Source: Candidatus Bathyarchaeota archaeon (GTDB taxonomy: Archaea > Thermoproteota > Bathyarchaeia > Bathyarchaeales > Bathycorpusculaceae). Taken from it: 64,000 nucleotides of DNA. The position numbers and the translations under genes are program-made. Shown here one piece after another: positions 48,919 through 58,065 of this stretch; the stretch's first letter is position 1; each line of letters opens with the position of its first letter. The notes under the pieces are model-generated. The model worked only from the letters and a program-made list of their open reading frames with translations, was not told where the DNA came from and ran no database searches. The stretch lies in NCBI GenBank assembly GCA_963702095.1, contig OY969706.1:2464001-2528000 (forward strand), written 5' to 3'.

Positions 48919-49437
48919 TCAACAGATGGCGAAGGTGTAGGTGTATTTTCCCTTCACCTTCAAGCAAAACAAGCCTGAGTCGGTCACTTTGGAGAGGATT
49001 TCGTCTTCTCCGAAATGGTGATCGCTAAAAGACAGCATGCCGGTAGGTTTGAGGACTCGGTGAATTTCCTTTAAAACACCGTTCTGATCTTTCAAGCCGT
49101 GGAAGACATCGTAGAGCAACACGGCGTCCAACTCTGCGTTGCCAAGGAGAATGCCGCCCCCGCTTGAGAGGATTGTTTCGACGTTTTTGAGGTTGTGTTT
49201 AGCGATGATTTTGTTGACCATTTCGATGGCGGCGGGGTTGATGTCTAATGCATAGAGTTTGCCCGTGACACCTATAGCCTCTGAAGTGACAAACACATAG
49301 CCGCCGGGTCCGCACCCGAAATCCAGCACATGAAAGCCGCTTTTCAGCCCTACTTCGTCGATTATTTCTTTTCTAGGCTTTAAAGCGTCTCGAACTTTAA
49401 AACCCAAAGCCATCGTTTTAAACCCAATGCTTGACAT
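48919..49437 (-). CDS. Class I SAM-dependent methyltransferase
   Basis: VLDFGCGPG, YALDIN, LYDVFH, EIHRVLKP.G. Confidence 0.88.
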   Translation of the reverse strand: MSSIGFKTMALGFKVRDALKPRKEIIDEVGLKSGFHVLDFGCGPGGYVFVTSEAIGVTGKLYALDINPAAIEMVNKIIAKHNLKNVETILSSGGGILLGNAELDAVLLYDVFHGLKDQNGVLKEIHRVLKPTGMLSFSDHHFGEDEILSKVTDSGLFCLKVKGKYTYTFAIC

Positions 49438-49473
49438 AACTCACACATCACATTGCTCTACAGTATTATAGGC

Positions 49474-49523
49474 TGGTCACTGCTTTTGGGTTTTTTGAGC
49501 AAAAGTGGTCAGCGGCGGGTCAG
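49474..49523. promoter_or_regulatory. Operator-like element, copy 2
   Basis: TGGTCACT-N22-AGTGGTCA then GGTCAG, same spacing as copy 1, next to a TATAAT box on the minus strand. Confidence 0.6.
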
Positions 49524-49963
49524 GTCTTCTTGTATAAACCCGTCAGTTCCGCTTCAGCCAACAGATGACCCGCCAATGCTTTCTCGAGATCTTTTCTGCC
49601 CTTATTAGCATCAAGCGTTAACATGGCGTCAAGCGCGTATATTTTGAAGCGGTACTTGTGGGTGCCAAACGGCGGTTTAGGTCCCAAGTAAACGTGTTTA
49701 CCAAACCCGTTCTTGCCCAAGACGCCGACGTGGGTGTCTTCATCGATGTGGTCTGTGGGCGGTATGTTCCAAACCACCCAATGCGTACCCAGCCCCATAG
49801 GAATGCTTAAGTCGACAAGGGTTAACGCTAAACTTCGAGCGTTGGATGGCAAACCTTCAATGTGCAGTGGCGGGTTAACTTCGTCGCCGTCTCCGCTGTA
49901 CTTTTTAGGTATGAGGCCGCCGTTTTCGAAGGCGGGACTGCTAAGAGTTAGGGGTTTACTCAT
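49520..49963 (-). CDS. YbhB/YbcL (PEBP) family protein
   Basis: SSPAF..GG.IP.KY..DG..VNPPL, HWVVWNIP, Y.GPKPP.GTHKYRF.IYALD. Confidence 0.9.
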   Translation of the reverse strand: MSKPLTLSSPAFENGGLIPKKYSGDGDEVNPPLHIEGLPSNARSLALTLVDLSIPMGLGTHWVVWNIPPTDHIDEDTHVGVLGKNGFGKHVYLGPKPPFGTHKYRFKIYALDAMLTLDANKGRKDLEKALAGHLLAEAELTGLYKKT

Positions 49964-49974
49964 TTTTGGGCACT

Positions 49975-50436
49975 TCACTTTTTGTCGGTTGATTCGCCGG
50001 ACGTTTTCTGTGCTAAATCGTAAGTAGACGGGTTGGTCTCTGTCTTTTGCAGGACGCCTTGGTCGTGGAGTTTGACGATTCTTTCGCGGATGATGCGTCG
50101 GCTGGCTTTGCCCCTCATCGCGATGACTTGGCGGGTTATGGCGGAGATGTTTAGGGGTCCTTTGACGGCTAAGGCTTGGATTATGCAGCGGATGATTTCG
50201 TCTTGGGAGAGCTGTTTTTGTTCGAGGAAGGTTTGGGCTTTTTTGAGACGGCTGGCGACTTTGAGGGGTTCGCCGTACATGCCTATGCCTGCTCGGGTGA
50301 GTTTGAGAGCGGCGGTGAAGCCTTCGTATTCGGGTTTTTCCACGATAAGGTTTTCAAGCAGGTCTAGGCGTCGCAGGATTTGGTCTAGTTTTTTGCTAAG
50401 TTGCTCATAGGCTATCGCCTGAATCAGATGTCGCAC
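49975..50436 (-). CDS. Winged-helix transcriptional regulator (start uncertain)
   Basis: DEIIRCIIQAL..KGPLNISAITRQV...RGKASRRIIRERIVKL...GVL wHTH-like C-terminus. Confidence 0.7.
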   Translation of the reverse strand: MRHLIQAIAYEQLSKKLDQILRRLDLLENLIVEKPEYEGFTAALKLTRAGIGMYGEPLKVASRLKKAQTFLEQKQLSQDEIIRCIIQALAVKGPLNISAITRQVIAMRGKASRRIIRERIVKLHDQGVLQKTETNPSTYDLAQKTSGESTDKK

Positions 50437-50542
50437 TCAAGGGGTTCCCTGCTTGGACAGTGTGGATTTGTCGTTGTTCATTATTAAGCTTAAACACTAT
50501 AGAAAGAGCACTCTAAATAGTTAGGCACAGATTAGACTACAT

Positions 50543-52438
50543 TTAGGTCTTCTGTTTGTTCCTACGGCTAAACGAAAGCACCATTACCGCGAGGACGAAG
50601 CCCAACACCGCCACAATAGCGACCAGTATCAGTTCGTTGCCCAACGGCTGTGTTTGGGAGTCAGAGGTTAAATGCATGCTTATCTGGTGGGTGCTGTGGG
50701 AATAGCTGAAGTAGTACACCCACGAGTCATCTGTAGCGGTTAAGGTGTATTCGAGTTGTTTTCCGTCGAGGAAGGTTTGGAGTTTTTCGCCGTCTGCCAG
50801 TAGGCTCTTGGCGATTGTTGCCCTAACAAACCCCGTTGTGCCCGATGGTCCCGTGACGTTGAAGGTTAGGGTGGAGGTTTCGTTGTTGAAGGCTAATGCG
50901 GTGATAGTGCTGTTGGATTCAAAGACAAAAGCCTGCTGGTTCTCTGCGGTCAGAAAGCTCAGGGTGGTGGTGTTACTGGCTCCTGTGCATGTGGAGTCTC
51001 CACTCCACTGTGTTTTTAGAGTGAAGGTTCCCGAGGCACTGTTAATCCATTGGAAACTGTATTTTCCCTGAGTGTCGGTTTGGCAGGAGCTGATGGGAAC
51101 CCACGAGTTTAACCCGGGAAAAGTGTATGATAGGATGATTGTTCGGTTTTGCAGAGGCACCCCCGCTGAGTCGGTTAAGGCGCCTGTTATGTCTACTGTT
51201 GAACCGATTTTTGGCGTGCATTGAGCGAAAATCGAGATGCTTGAGGTTTTGTGGTTATCAGTTGAAACCAAGACGTTTCTAAATGAGCAGCTACAGGGTT
51301 GGTATCCCCATATGCCGAATGCTAAGTATTCGATGTCTTCGAACTTGAAGTCTAAATCCGACGTGGAGTAGGAGCCGAGGCAGACATTGTTTTCGTCATA
51401 CACCGACTCCGTAATCAGGCAGGGGGCTTGAGAAACACTCATCACCATAGTATACCAAACATGTTCTTGACCTTTAGCGATTTCATTGGTTTGCCAACCG
51501 CTAAAGTTTCTAGACATCAAAAAAACCTCAGAAGTATGTTGACCAAATTCAAAGATTACACCATCGTTAACACCTATTATTGGCAAATTTCGTCTCAAGG
51601 CCAAACAGCAGCTTTCCAAGCTGTCTGCGTTGACTTGTAGAGAGAACGTAAAGTTTCCAGTGGGCTTATAGTGGCGGTAGAAAAAAAGTGAGGGATAATC
51701 AATTAGAGGGTAGCTGCCGCCGCCTGGGCTTGAAAAATTCAATACATCGCTTGATTGGGTGAAGGTGGAGTTTATGTTTTCCACTTGCCAATCGTCAAAC
51801 GCTGATGGCTGTGGCTGGCAGACTGTTGGGTCATGAATGTTGCGGAAGGTGTAGTCTGCTGACCTGCCCCAGACGCTTATGCCTATGTATTTTATGTCTT
51901 CGAAATTGAAGTCGTAGATGTCTGGTGTTGAGATGGCGCCTATTTGGGTTCCGTTTTCATCAAGGATTGCTGCGTCAATAAGGAATGGGGAGCGGTGAAC
52001 AGTTAACTTCATCGTGTACCAAACGTTTGGTTCTCCGTATCCAAGTAGGATTGATGTCCAATCGGTAAAGTTTCTAGATAAGTGGAAATTGCCCATTCCG
52101 TAGTAGCCGAATTCGAGGTTAAAGCCGTCAAAGCTGCCTGCTGCAGGCAAACTGCCCCTAACACATAACCCGCATGCTTGAAGCTGAGCGGCGTTTACTT
52201 CTGCAGAAAACGTGAAATCATCAGTGGGCGGGTATTCTTTGAAGATTGTGACTGCTAAGTCATTGCCGGTGTCGTCGGTCCATAGCCTCAAAGCATCGCC
52301 CAACCGTGAAACGTATCCGTGGTCGCTTTCAAGCTGCCAATCCTCAAAGGTTGAATACTCAAAACTGCATAGACTCAACGGAATCAGCGATAGAAACAGT
52401 ACCACAATAATGGTGGCTCCGAAGATTTTCTTTAACAT
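50543..52438 (-). CDS. Large secreted, membrane-anchored protein with two tandem beta-sandwich repeats plus Ig-like domains
   Basis: Signal peptide; two ~180-aa repeats (FxDWQxE...FTFSxxVNA...SRNFxxW...VWYTM...FEDIxYxxxxxWG); Ig-like region; ESNSTI...GPSGTTG...YSHSTH; C-terminal TM. Confidence 0.75.
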   Translation of the reverse strand: MLKKIFGATIIVVLFLSLIPLSLCSFEYSTFEDWQLESDHGYVSRLGDALRLWTDDTGNDLAVTIFKEYPPTDDFTFSAEVNAAQLQACGLCVRGSLPAAGSFDGFNLEFGYYGMGNFHLSRNFTDWTSILLGYGEPNVWYTMKLTVHRSPFLIDAAILDENGTQIGAISTPDIYDFNFEDIKYIGISVWGRSADYTFRNIHDPTVCQPQPSAFDDWQVENINSTFTQSSDVLNFSSPGGGSYPLIDYPSLFFYRHYKPTGNFTFSLQVNADSLESCCLALRRNLPIIGVNDGVIFEFGQHTSEVFLMSRNFSGWQTNEIAKGQEHVWYTMVMSVSQAPCLITESVYDENNVCLGSYSTSDLDFKFEDIEYLAFGIWGYQPCSCSFRNVLVSTDNHKTSSISIFAQCTPKIGSTVDITGALTDSAGVPLQNRTIILSYTFPGLNSWVPISSCQTDTQGKYSFQWINSASGTFTLKTQWSGDSTCTGASNTTTLSFLTAENQQAFVFESNSTITALAFNNETSTLTFNVTGPSGTTGFVRATIAKSLLADGEKLQTFLDGKQLEYTLTATDDSWVYYFSYSHSTHQISMHLTSDSQTQPLGNELILVAIVAVLGFVLAVMVLSFSRRNKQKT

Positions 52439-52619
52439 ACATACCCTTCCAGCGTAGCTTGGGCAGCATTGCCAGGGTTCATTCGAGTAATAGGTGCATA
52501 TGAGCTTTTTCGTCAAGGTCCCTTGACTAACTACTGGAAGCCACACAAAAGTGCTTAAAAGCCAAACCCACTAAACTTATTAATTATACCCTTACAGCAT
52601 AGAGTAAAGGCGAAAACCA

Positions 52620-52967
52620 GTGTCCCTTTCCGCTAAACTCAAAAACACCAGCCGCCCCAGACGGGCAACCATAGCATTCTACGGGGTTTCAGGCATACTG
52701 CTGCTGGCGTTTTTGCCGCTGAGTGGGTTTCCGCCCCACCTTGGGTTTCTGGGTATACTGGGCCTCATAACCGCCTACTGCCTGTTCACCAGAAGAGATT
52801 GGACGCCATGGCTTGTTTTTATTTTGTTGGTTGCAAACTCAGCGTTTGCCCTCTACACATTGTCTTCGATAGGCTTTAGCAACGTGCTGGTTGCGTTGAG
52901 CATGGTTGTGTTTGCCGTGCTCACTTGGGCGGCTACGGTGCTGGTGCTGTTTAAGAAGAAACTCTAA
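52620..52967 (+). CDS. Hypothetical four-TM membrane protein
   Basis: Hydrophobic 115 aa with FPPHL motif; TATTAA box upstream. Confidence 0.65.
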   Translation: MSLSAKLKNTSRPRRATIAFYGVSGILLLAFLPLSGFPPHLGFLGILGLITAYCLFTRRDWTPWLVFILLVANSAFALYTLSSIGFSNVLVALSMVVFAVLTWAATVLVLFKKKL

Positions 52968-54154
52968 GCTCTGCCAGCGGACCCGCGGAGAAGCTGAACC
53001 GTAACCTCTTGGTCCACATCGACGAACTGCTCGTTTTGGGCTATCTCCACAAACCCATCCGCCTCCGCCAAAGCAGAAACAGCCCCCGTGGATTCGACGG
53101 GTTCAGCGATTAAGCGGCAGTTTTCGTCAAGCATCAGCTTTACCAAAGCAAAGGTTCGGCTGCCCTTTGCGCCAAACATTTTAGAACCAGCATACGCCGA
53201 CACCGCCCTCAAAGCAGAGACTGGTCGCCCACCCAACCGCTGCACCAGTGACCGCGCCAACACCTGATACATCAGCAGTGCCGCAGAGGGATTGTTAGGC
53301 AGTATGAAGAGGGGTTTTTGGTCGATGAAGGCTATGGCGGTTTGTTTGCCAGGTTTCGCCGCAATGCCGTTAACCACAACGCCAGGTTTACCTAAAGAAT
53401 CGGCAGTCTCCACTGCGTCGCCTCCACATGCAACCACCAGGTCGGTGGAAGCCACCGCAACCCTCAAAAGCCGGGCAATCTGAGCTTTGTCGTCTGGGAC
53501 GACACCGAAGTAAACGGGTTTGGCACCGCACTCCATGATGGCTGTGCAGAGGCTATAGGCGTTTCCGAGTTCGGCGACGTTGCCGCCGATTGAAAGCACC
53601 GCAACCATGGGGATTTTTTGGACCTTTGCCTGCGCGAATCCTAAAGCGGCTAAGACACCGATTTCTGAGGGTCCCAGCACCTGTCCCTTCTTGAGTGCAA
53701 CCGCGCCTTTTCGGATGTCAGAGCCCTGCCTGTTGAGGTTTTCGCATTCGACAGCGGAACTGTAAACCAAAAGCAAGTCATCCTCGCGGGCGGCATCTTC
53801 AGAAGCAATCACTGCGTCTGCGCCTTCGGGGAGAACGGAGCCAGCGGCGACTTCAACTGCTTCGCCCTTTGCCAACGCCGCCTTAGCTTGCTCGCCTACG
53901 CCCACTATACCCACGACTTTGAGTTGGGCGGGTTCGTCTTCGCTTGCAACCACCGTATCCTCAGCATGTACAGCGTAACCGTTGACCCTCGAAGTGTCAA
54001 AGCAGGGAATGTCGATGGGCGATTCTACGTCGGCGCTTAATACGCGGTTGTAGGCTTCCAGCAAAACCGCTTCCTCCTCACCGAGGAATTGGGGCTTGAA
54101 GCTGGCTTCGACTACGCGTTTGGCTTCTTCAAAGGTTAAGAGTTTACTTGACAC
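52964..54154 (-). CDS. moeA: Molybdopterin molybdotransferase MoeA-like (degenerate motifs)
   Basis: RVLSADV.SPID.P.FD.S..NGYAV, LPEGADAVI, GSDI..G, KPGK, LPNNP, ADGFVEI. Confidence 0.85.
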   Translation of the reverse strand: MSSKLLTFEEAKRVVEASFKPQFLGEEEAVLLEAYNRVLSADVESPIDIPCFDTSRVNGYAVHAEDTVVASEDEPAQLKVVGIVGVGEQAKAALAKGEAVEVAAGSVLPEGADAVIASEDAAREDDLLLVYSSAVECENLNRQGSDIRKGAVALKKGQVLGPSEIGVLAALGFAQAKVQKIPMVAVLSIGGNVAELGNAYSLCTAIMECGAKPVYFGVVPDDKAQIARLLRVAVASTDLVVACGGDAVETADSLGKPGVVVNGIAAKPGKQTAIAFIDQKPLFILPNNPSAALLMYQVLARSLVQRLGGRPVSALRAVSAYAGSKMFGAKGSRTFALVKLMLDENCRLIAEPVESTGAVSALAEADGFVEIAQNEQFVDVDQEVTVQLLRGSAGRA

Positions 54155-54237
54155 CTAAGACTCACACAGAAGCAGACACTGACTGAACGTAAAAATGTAT
54201 CGAAGTTGCAGTAGGAGGTGAGGTAAGAAGAGAAAGC

Positions 54238-54753
54238 TTATTGTTTGGTTTTTTGAGCAGCCATCTTTTTGACGAATGCTTTAAGGTCTTCTGGTTGTCC
54301 ATAAACCACCAGTTTGCCATCATCTTGCGATTTAACTTGAAGGCTATGTTCCTGCGCAAACTGGAGGATTTTTTCTTTGGTCCATTCGCCTATGGGTTCG
54401 ACTCGGACCCATTTTTGGTCACGGGGCACACCCGTCACGAACTTGTCTTCCGCCCGGCGGGGTTCAGCGCAGACTTCAACGTTAGCTTCCTCAATTTGCC
54501 TGAGCCACCCATCCACTTTTTCTTCGCCAAACACGCTCTGTCCTTCGGTCATGATGTAGGCTTCGACGTTGGCGAGATATTCTTCGGCTTTCTGGATGGC
54601 GTCTCCGTGGCTGCCCTCTGTACAGGACAACTCAAGCAGGGATTTTGTGGTTCGCAGGTCCTCAACAACTTTTGGGGGGATAGCGGTGCCTGCTTTTTTG
54701 AGTTCAAGCATCATGTCTTCGAGGAGTTTCCAACTTGCCATATTACGAGCCAT
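54238..54753 (-). CDS. Conserved archaeal protein, DUF2096-like
   Basis: W..LE.MM.ELKK.G..IP..V.EDLR..K, F..GVPR...WVR, LVVYG....LK..VK.M. Confidence 0.7.
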   Translation of the reverse strand: MARNMASWKLLEDMMLELKKAGTAIPPKVVEDLRTTKSLLELSCTEGSHGDAIQKAEEYLANVEAYIMTEGQSVFGEEKVDGWLRQIEEANVEVCAEPRRAEDKFVTGVPRDQKWVRVEPIGEWTKEKILQFAQEHSLQVKSQDDGKLVVYGQPEDLKAFVKKMAAQKTKQ

Positions 54754-55100
54754 AACGTGTGCCTCTTACTAATTGTAGGTGACCAGCCATATTAAGGGTT
54801 AACTTTTTGTTCCCTTTCAACATGCAGTTTTTAACGATTGTCCAACATGCACCCACACCCACACGGCGGCGACTTCAACATGGAGCCATGCAGGGCATGT
54901 GGAGAAAAACCCATATCCCACACCATAACAGTCGCTGAAAAACGTTACAAAAACAAAAAGCATTTGCCCTCCAACACCTTCTTCTTATGGAACCCCACAA
55001 ACCGCCACACCCACACAAAGAGACCGCTTGACTTTCGGAAAGAAATAAATCCGTATCCAACCTGTAGTTTACTGAGGAATATTTTTTGTCCCAGTCAAGT

Positions 55101-55514
55101 ATGCAATTCGACTTCGGCAACTTAACCCAATCAATCCTAAACCCCCTCCTAAACACAGTGCCCATAGAAATCACCTTCATCGACCACACCGACACCGTCC
55201 GCTACTTCAACAACCCACCCAAAATGATTTTCCTCCGCACCAAAGGCGTCATAGGTATGAAAGTGCAGAATTGCCACCCAGCCAAAAGCCTAGACACAGT
55301 AAACAGGATAACTGAGTCGTTTAGGTCAGGCAACAAAGACGTCGCTGAATTCTGGATAAACTTGCACGGGCGCATGATTTACATTCGCTTTTTCGCAGTG
55401 CGGGATGCTGAGGGCAAGTATTTGGGTACGGTAGAAGTTGTGCAAGACGTTACTGAAATTCAGGGGTTGAAGGGTGAGAGGCGGCTTCTGGATTGGAAAG
55501 GTTTAGGCGTTTAG
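55101..55514 (+). CDS. Stand-alone PAS-domain protein (DUF438/PAS_10 type)
   Basis: P.EITFID..D.VRYFN, IF.RT..VIG..VQNCHP.KS, AEFWI, YIRFFAVRD..G.YLG.VEV.QD. Confidence 0.85.
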   Translation: MQFDFGNLTQSILNPLLNTVPIEITFIDHTDTVRYFNNPPKMIFLRTKGVIGMKVQNCHPAKSLDTVNRITESFRSGNKDVAEFWINLHGRMIYIRFFAVRDAEGKYLGTVEVVQDVTEIQGLKGERRLLDWKGLGV

Positions 55515-56927
55515 ATGAAGATTGAAACTGTCAAGTCTGAGGGGTTAGCCCACAACAGCTACTACCTCCAAAGCAAAGGCGAAGCCGCCGTAGTTGACCC
55601 ACGCCGCGACTGCAAAGTCTACACGGAACTCGCCGCAAGGGGCTGCTCAGAAATCAAGTACATCCTTGAAACCCACAGAAACGAAGACTACGTCATAGGC
55701 TCGCTGGAACTGCAGAATATGACTGAAGCCGAGATTGGGCACAGCAAAGAATTACCCTTCAAGTATGGCGAACATAACTTAACAGACGAAGACACCTTAA
55801 ACGTGGGCAACGCAAGAATCAAGGCACTCTACACCCCTGGGCACACAAACGAGTCACTCTGCTACATCCTATTCGAGCGAGAAGAAGCGCAGGCGGTGTT
55901 TACAGGCGACACCTTGTTTGCGGGATCAGTTGGACGCACCGACCTCTACGGAAGAGAAGCGCAGCCAACTCAAGCCAGAAAACTCTACAACAGCCTACAC
56001 GATAAGCTGCTGCAGTTAGGTGATGGCGTAATGGTTTATCCTGCTCATGGCGCAGGCAGCGTCTGCGGCAGCCAAATCAGCGGCCAAACACCCACCACCA
56101 TCGGCTACGAAAAACACGTCAACCCCTACCTAAAACTGGCAATGGAAGCTTTCGTCTCAAAAACGAGTAATGAAGGCTTGGTTGTGCCCCGCTACTTCAA
56201 GCGGATGGAAGATTACAACCTCAACGGGCCGCCGCTACTCAAGGACCTTGCTGACCCAAAACCATTGTTGCTTAAGACATTTGAAGAGGAAATGCAACAG
56301 CAAAACATTGTCGTCATCGACACCCGAAAACCCCATGCCTTTGCAGGGTCACATATCCCCAACGCACTTAGCCTCTGGCTGGAAGGAGCCAGCGTTTACC
56401 CAGGCTGGATCCTAGACACCAAACAATACATCGTCTTCGTACTTGAACGCCCAGATGACGTCGGCACCGTCACAGCTGTTTTCCGCAGATTGGGCTTTGA
56501 TAACATGTGCGGTTATCTCTGTGGCGGCATGGGCACTTGGCAGGAAGCAGGCAAACCCATCCGCAGCTTCGGCACCATAGGCGCTACCGAGCTTAGGGAT
56601 AAGCTGGGCAAGGACGAAGTTTTCCTGTTGGATGTGCGGGAACCCCATGAGTGGAGTGAAGACGGCTGCATCGAAGCGGCAACACGGATACCCTTCATGG
56701 ACCTTCCCGAGCAAACCGCTTCGTTGCCCAAAGATAAGCATGTTGCAGTCACCTGTTCAGTGGGTAACAGAAGCAGCATCGCACTGAGCATCCTTGAAAG
56801 AGCAGGCTTCAAAGACATATCCAACGTGCTGGGCGGCGTGACCGCTTGGAAAGCCCTCGGCTACCCCACAAAAAAAGAAACTAACTCCGAGCCCCAGTTT
56901 CCCTCATCGTTTTTGCCAAACGTGTAG
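55515..56927 (+). CDS. MBL-fold hydrolase with two rhodanese domains (persulfide dioxygenase/CstB-like)
   Basis: VVDPRRD, ETHRNED, TPGHT, FTGDTLF.GSVGRTDL, YPAHGAGSVCG, rhodanese DTR/DVREP and C-terminal CSVGNRS. Confidence 0.88.
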   Translation: MKIETVKSEGLAHNSYYLQSKGEAAVVDPRRDCKVYTELAARGCSEIKYILETHRNEDYVIGSLELQNMTEAEIGHSKELPFKYGEHNLTDEDTLNVGNARIKALYTPGHTNESLCYILFEREEAQAVFTGDTLFAGSVGRTDLYGREAQPTQARKLYNSLHDKLLQLGDGVMVYPAHGAGSVCGSQISGQTPTTIGYEKHVNPYLKLAMEAFVSKTSNEGLVVPRYFKRMEDYNLNGPPLLKDLADPKPLLLKTFEEEMQQQNIVVIDTRKPHAFAGSHIPNALSLWLEGASVYPGWILDTKQYIVFVLERPDDVGTVTAVFRRLGFDNMCGYLCGGMGTWQEAGKPIRSFGTIGATELRDKLGKDEVFLLDVREPHEWSEDGCIEAATRIPFMDLPEQTASLPKDKHVAVTCSVGNRSSIALSILERAGFKDISNVLGGVTAWKALGYPTKKETNSEPQFPSSFLPNV

Positions 56928-57608
56928 CCTTGCCATCCTTGGGCTCCAACAGTTCCTTGACAAGGGGATATTGGCGCTGGTAGATGTGGCAGTTTTTGCT
57001 GTGGAAAACCAGTTTACCAGTTTTAAGCGAGAGGTTACCGCGTTCGTTGATTTCTGAAACGAAAGCTTCGTTGAAAAGCTGCAGCCCGCGATGTTGGCGG
57101 GTAAGCCTCCGTAGGCGTCCCAGCTGCGGAAGTAGCAGGTTAGGTGCATTTGGCCGTCGAGGATTTCGGTGTCGATTAAGCTGAGGCAGGGCGGCTCGCT
57201 TTTGTTGCCTTTAGAATCAAACTTTGCTATGTCATCTGGGCGACGGATAACCATGGTGACTTGACGGTCCCGTTGCTCCTCCACATACCGTTTGACAGCT
57301 TCCTCCACCTGATTTATTGGGTCGTTTAGGCGGCTGCCGTAAGTGTAGGTTTCATCCTCTTTTTTTTCGCCACACCACAGGTACTCCAAAGCGTAGCCCT
57401 GCACGTACTTGAAGTCGCAGGGGGCTTTGTCGCTGACAAGCGGCCTGTTCTCGGGATGCGCAATCTCAATTGTCAAGTTAAGCTTTTTTGTTTCAGTCTC
57501 CTCAGAACCAAACCCAACTTTGTAGACGTCGCCTTCACGCCAAATCGCATTTAAGGCTTTGAACCATGCGTCAGGGCAGTCGAACGATGAGATTTTCACG
57601 TGCTTCAT
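56881..57608 (-). CDS. thyA: Thymidylate synthase, archaeal ThyA type (1-nt frameshift at ~57085)
   Basis: YTYGSRL, PPCL, FRSWDAYGGLPANIAG; the shifted frame continues LQLFNE...FHSKNCHIY...to TAG at 56883-56881. Confidence 0.88.
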
Positions 57609-57757
57609 ACTGTTCTCCCAATCATTGTCTACTCTATCCCTTAAAGCTTAATTATTTTTGGGCTTGGAAGGGTTTGGGCTAACTATTGTGGATACATAGT
57701 TTACAGTCATAAGTCATATCAGACAACGACCCCATAGAAAGGGCAGGTAGTGACAAC

Positions 57758-57985
57758 TTGGCGAAAACCGTAGAAGCCTCAGGCATCATAATTACTACAC
57801 GGATTAAAATAGAGAGTGAACTCAAAAAGAATAAGGCGTTCAATGAAGAATCCGCCTCCACATTCGAAGAATTCGGCACGGTCCTAGACATCATGCAGAG
57901 AAGCGGCTTAATCGCCAAAACAGCCGACGGCAAATATTTCATGACTGAGAAGGGTCAAGACCAGCAGATACGCGGCTTCTCATAA
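57758..57985 (+). CDS. Small hypothetical protein (possible wHTH fragment)
   Basis: 75 aa; GLIAKTADGKYFMTEKG wing-like motif. Confidence 0.5.
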   Translation: MAKTVEASGIIITTRIKIESELKKNKAFNEESASTFEEFGTVLDIMQRSGLIAKTADGKYFMTEKGQDQQIRGFS

Positions 57986-58065
57986 AGACTTCGCCGTATA
58001 GAATCAAGAGATTTCAAGAAACAAATAATCTGTTTAAGAACATAAAGAGAAAAGAAAGGGTTTGG

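Noticed and set aside
54838-55195. ORFs 54838-55125 (+) and 54875-55195 (-)
   Set aside because: The sequence is low-complexity and A/C-rich, with no motifs or SD; probably spurious.
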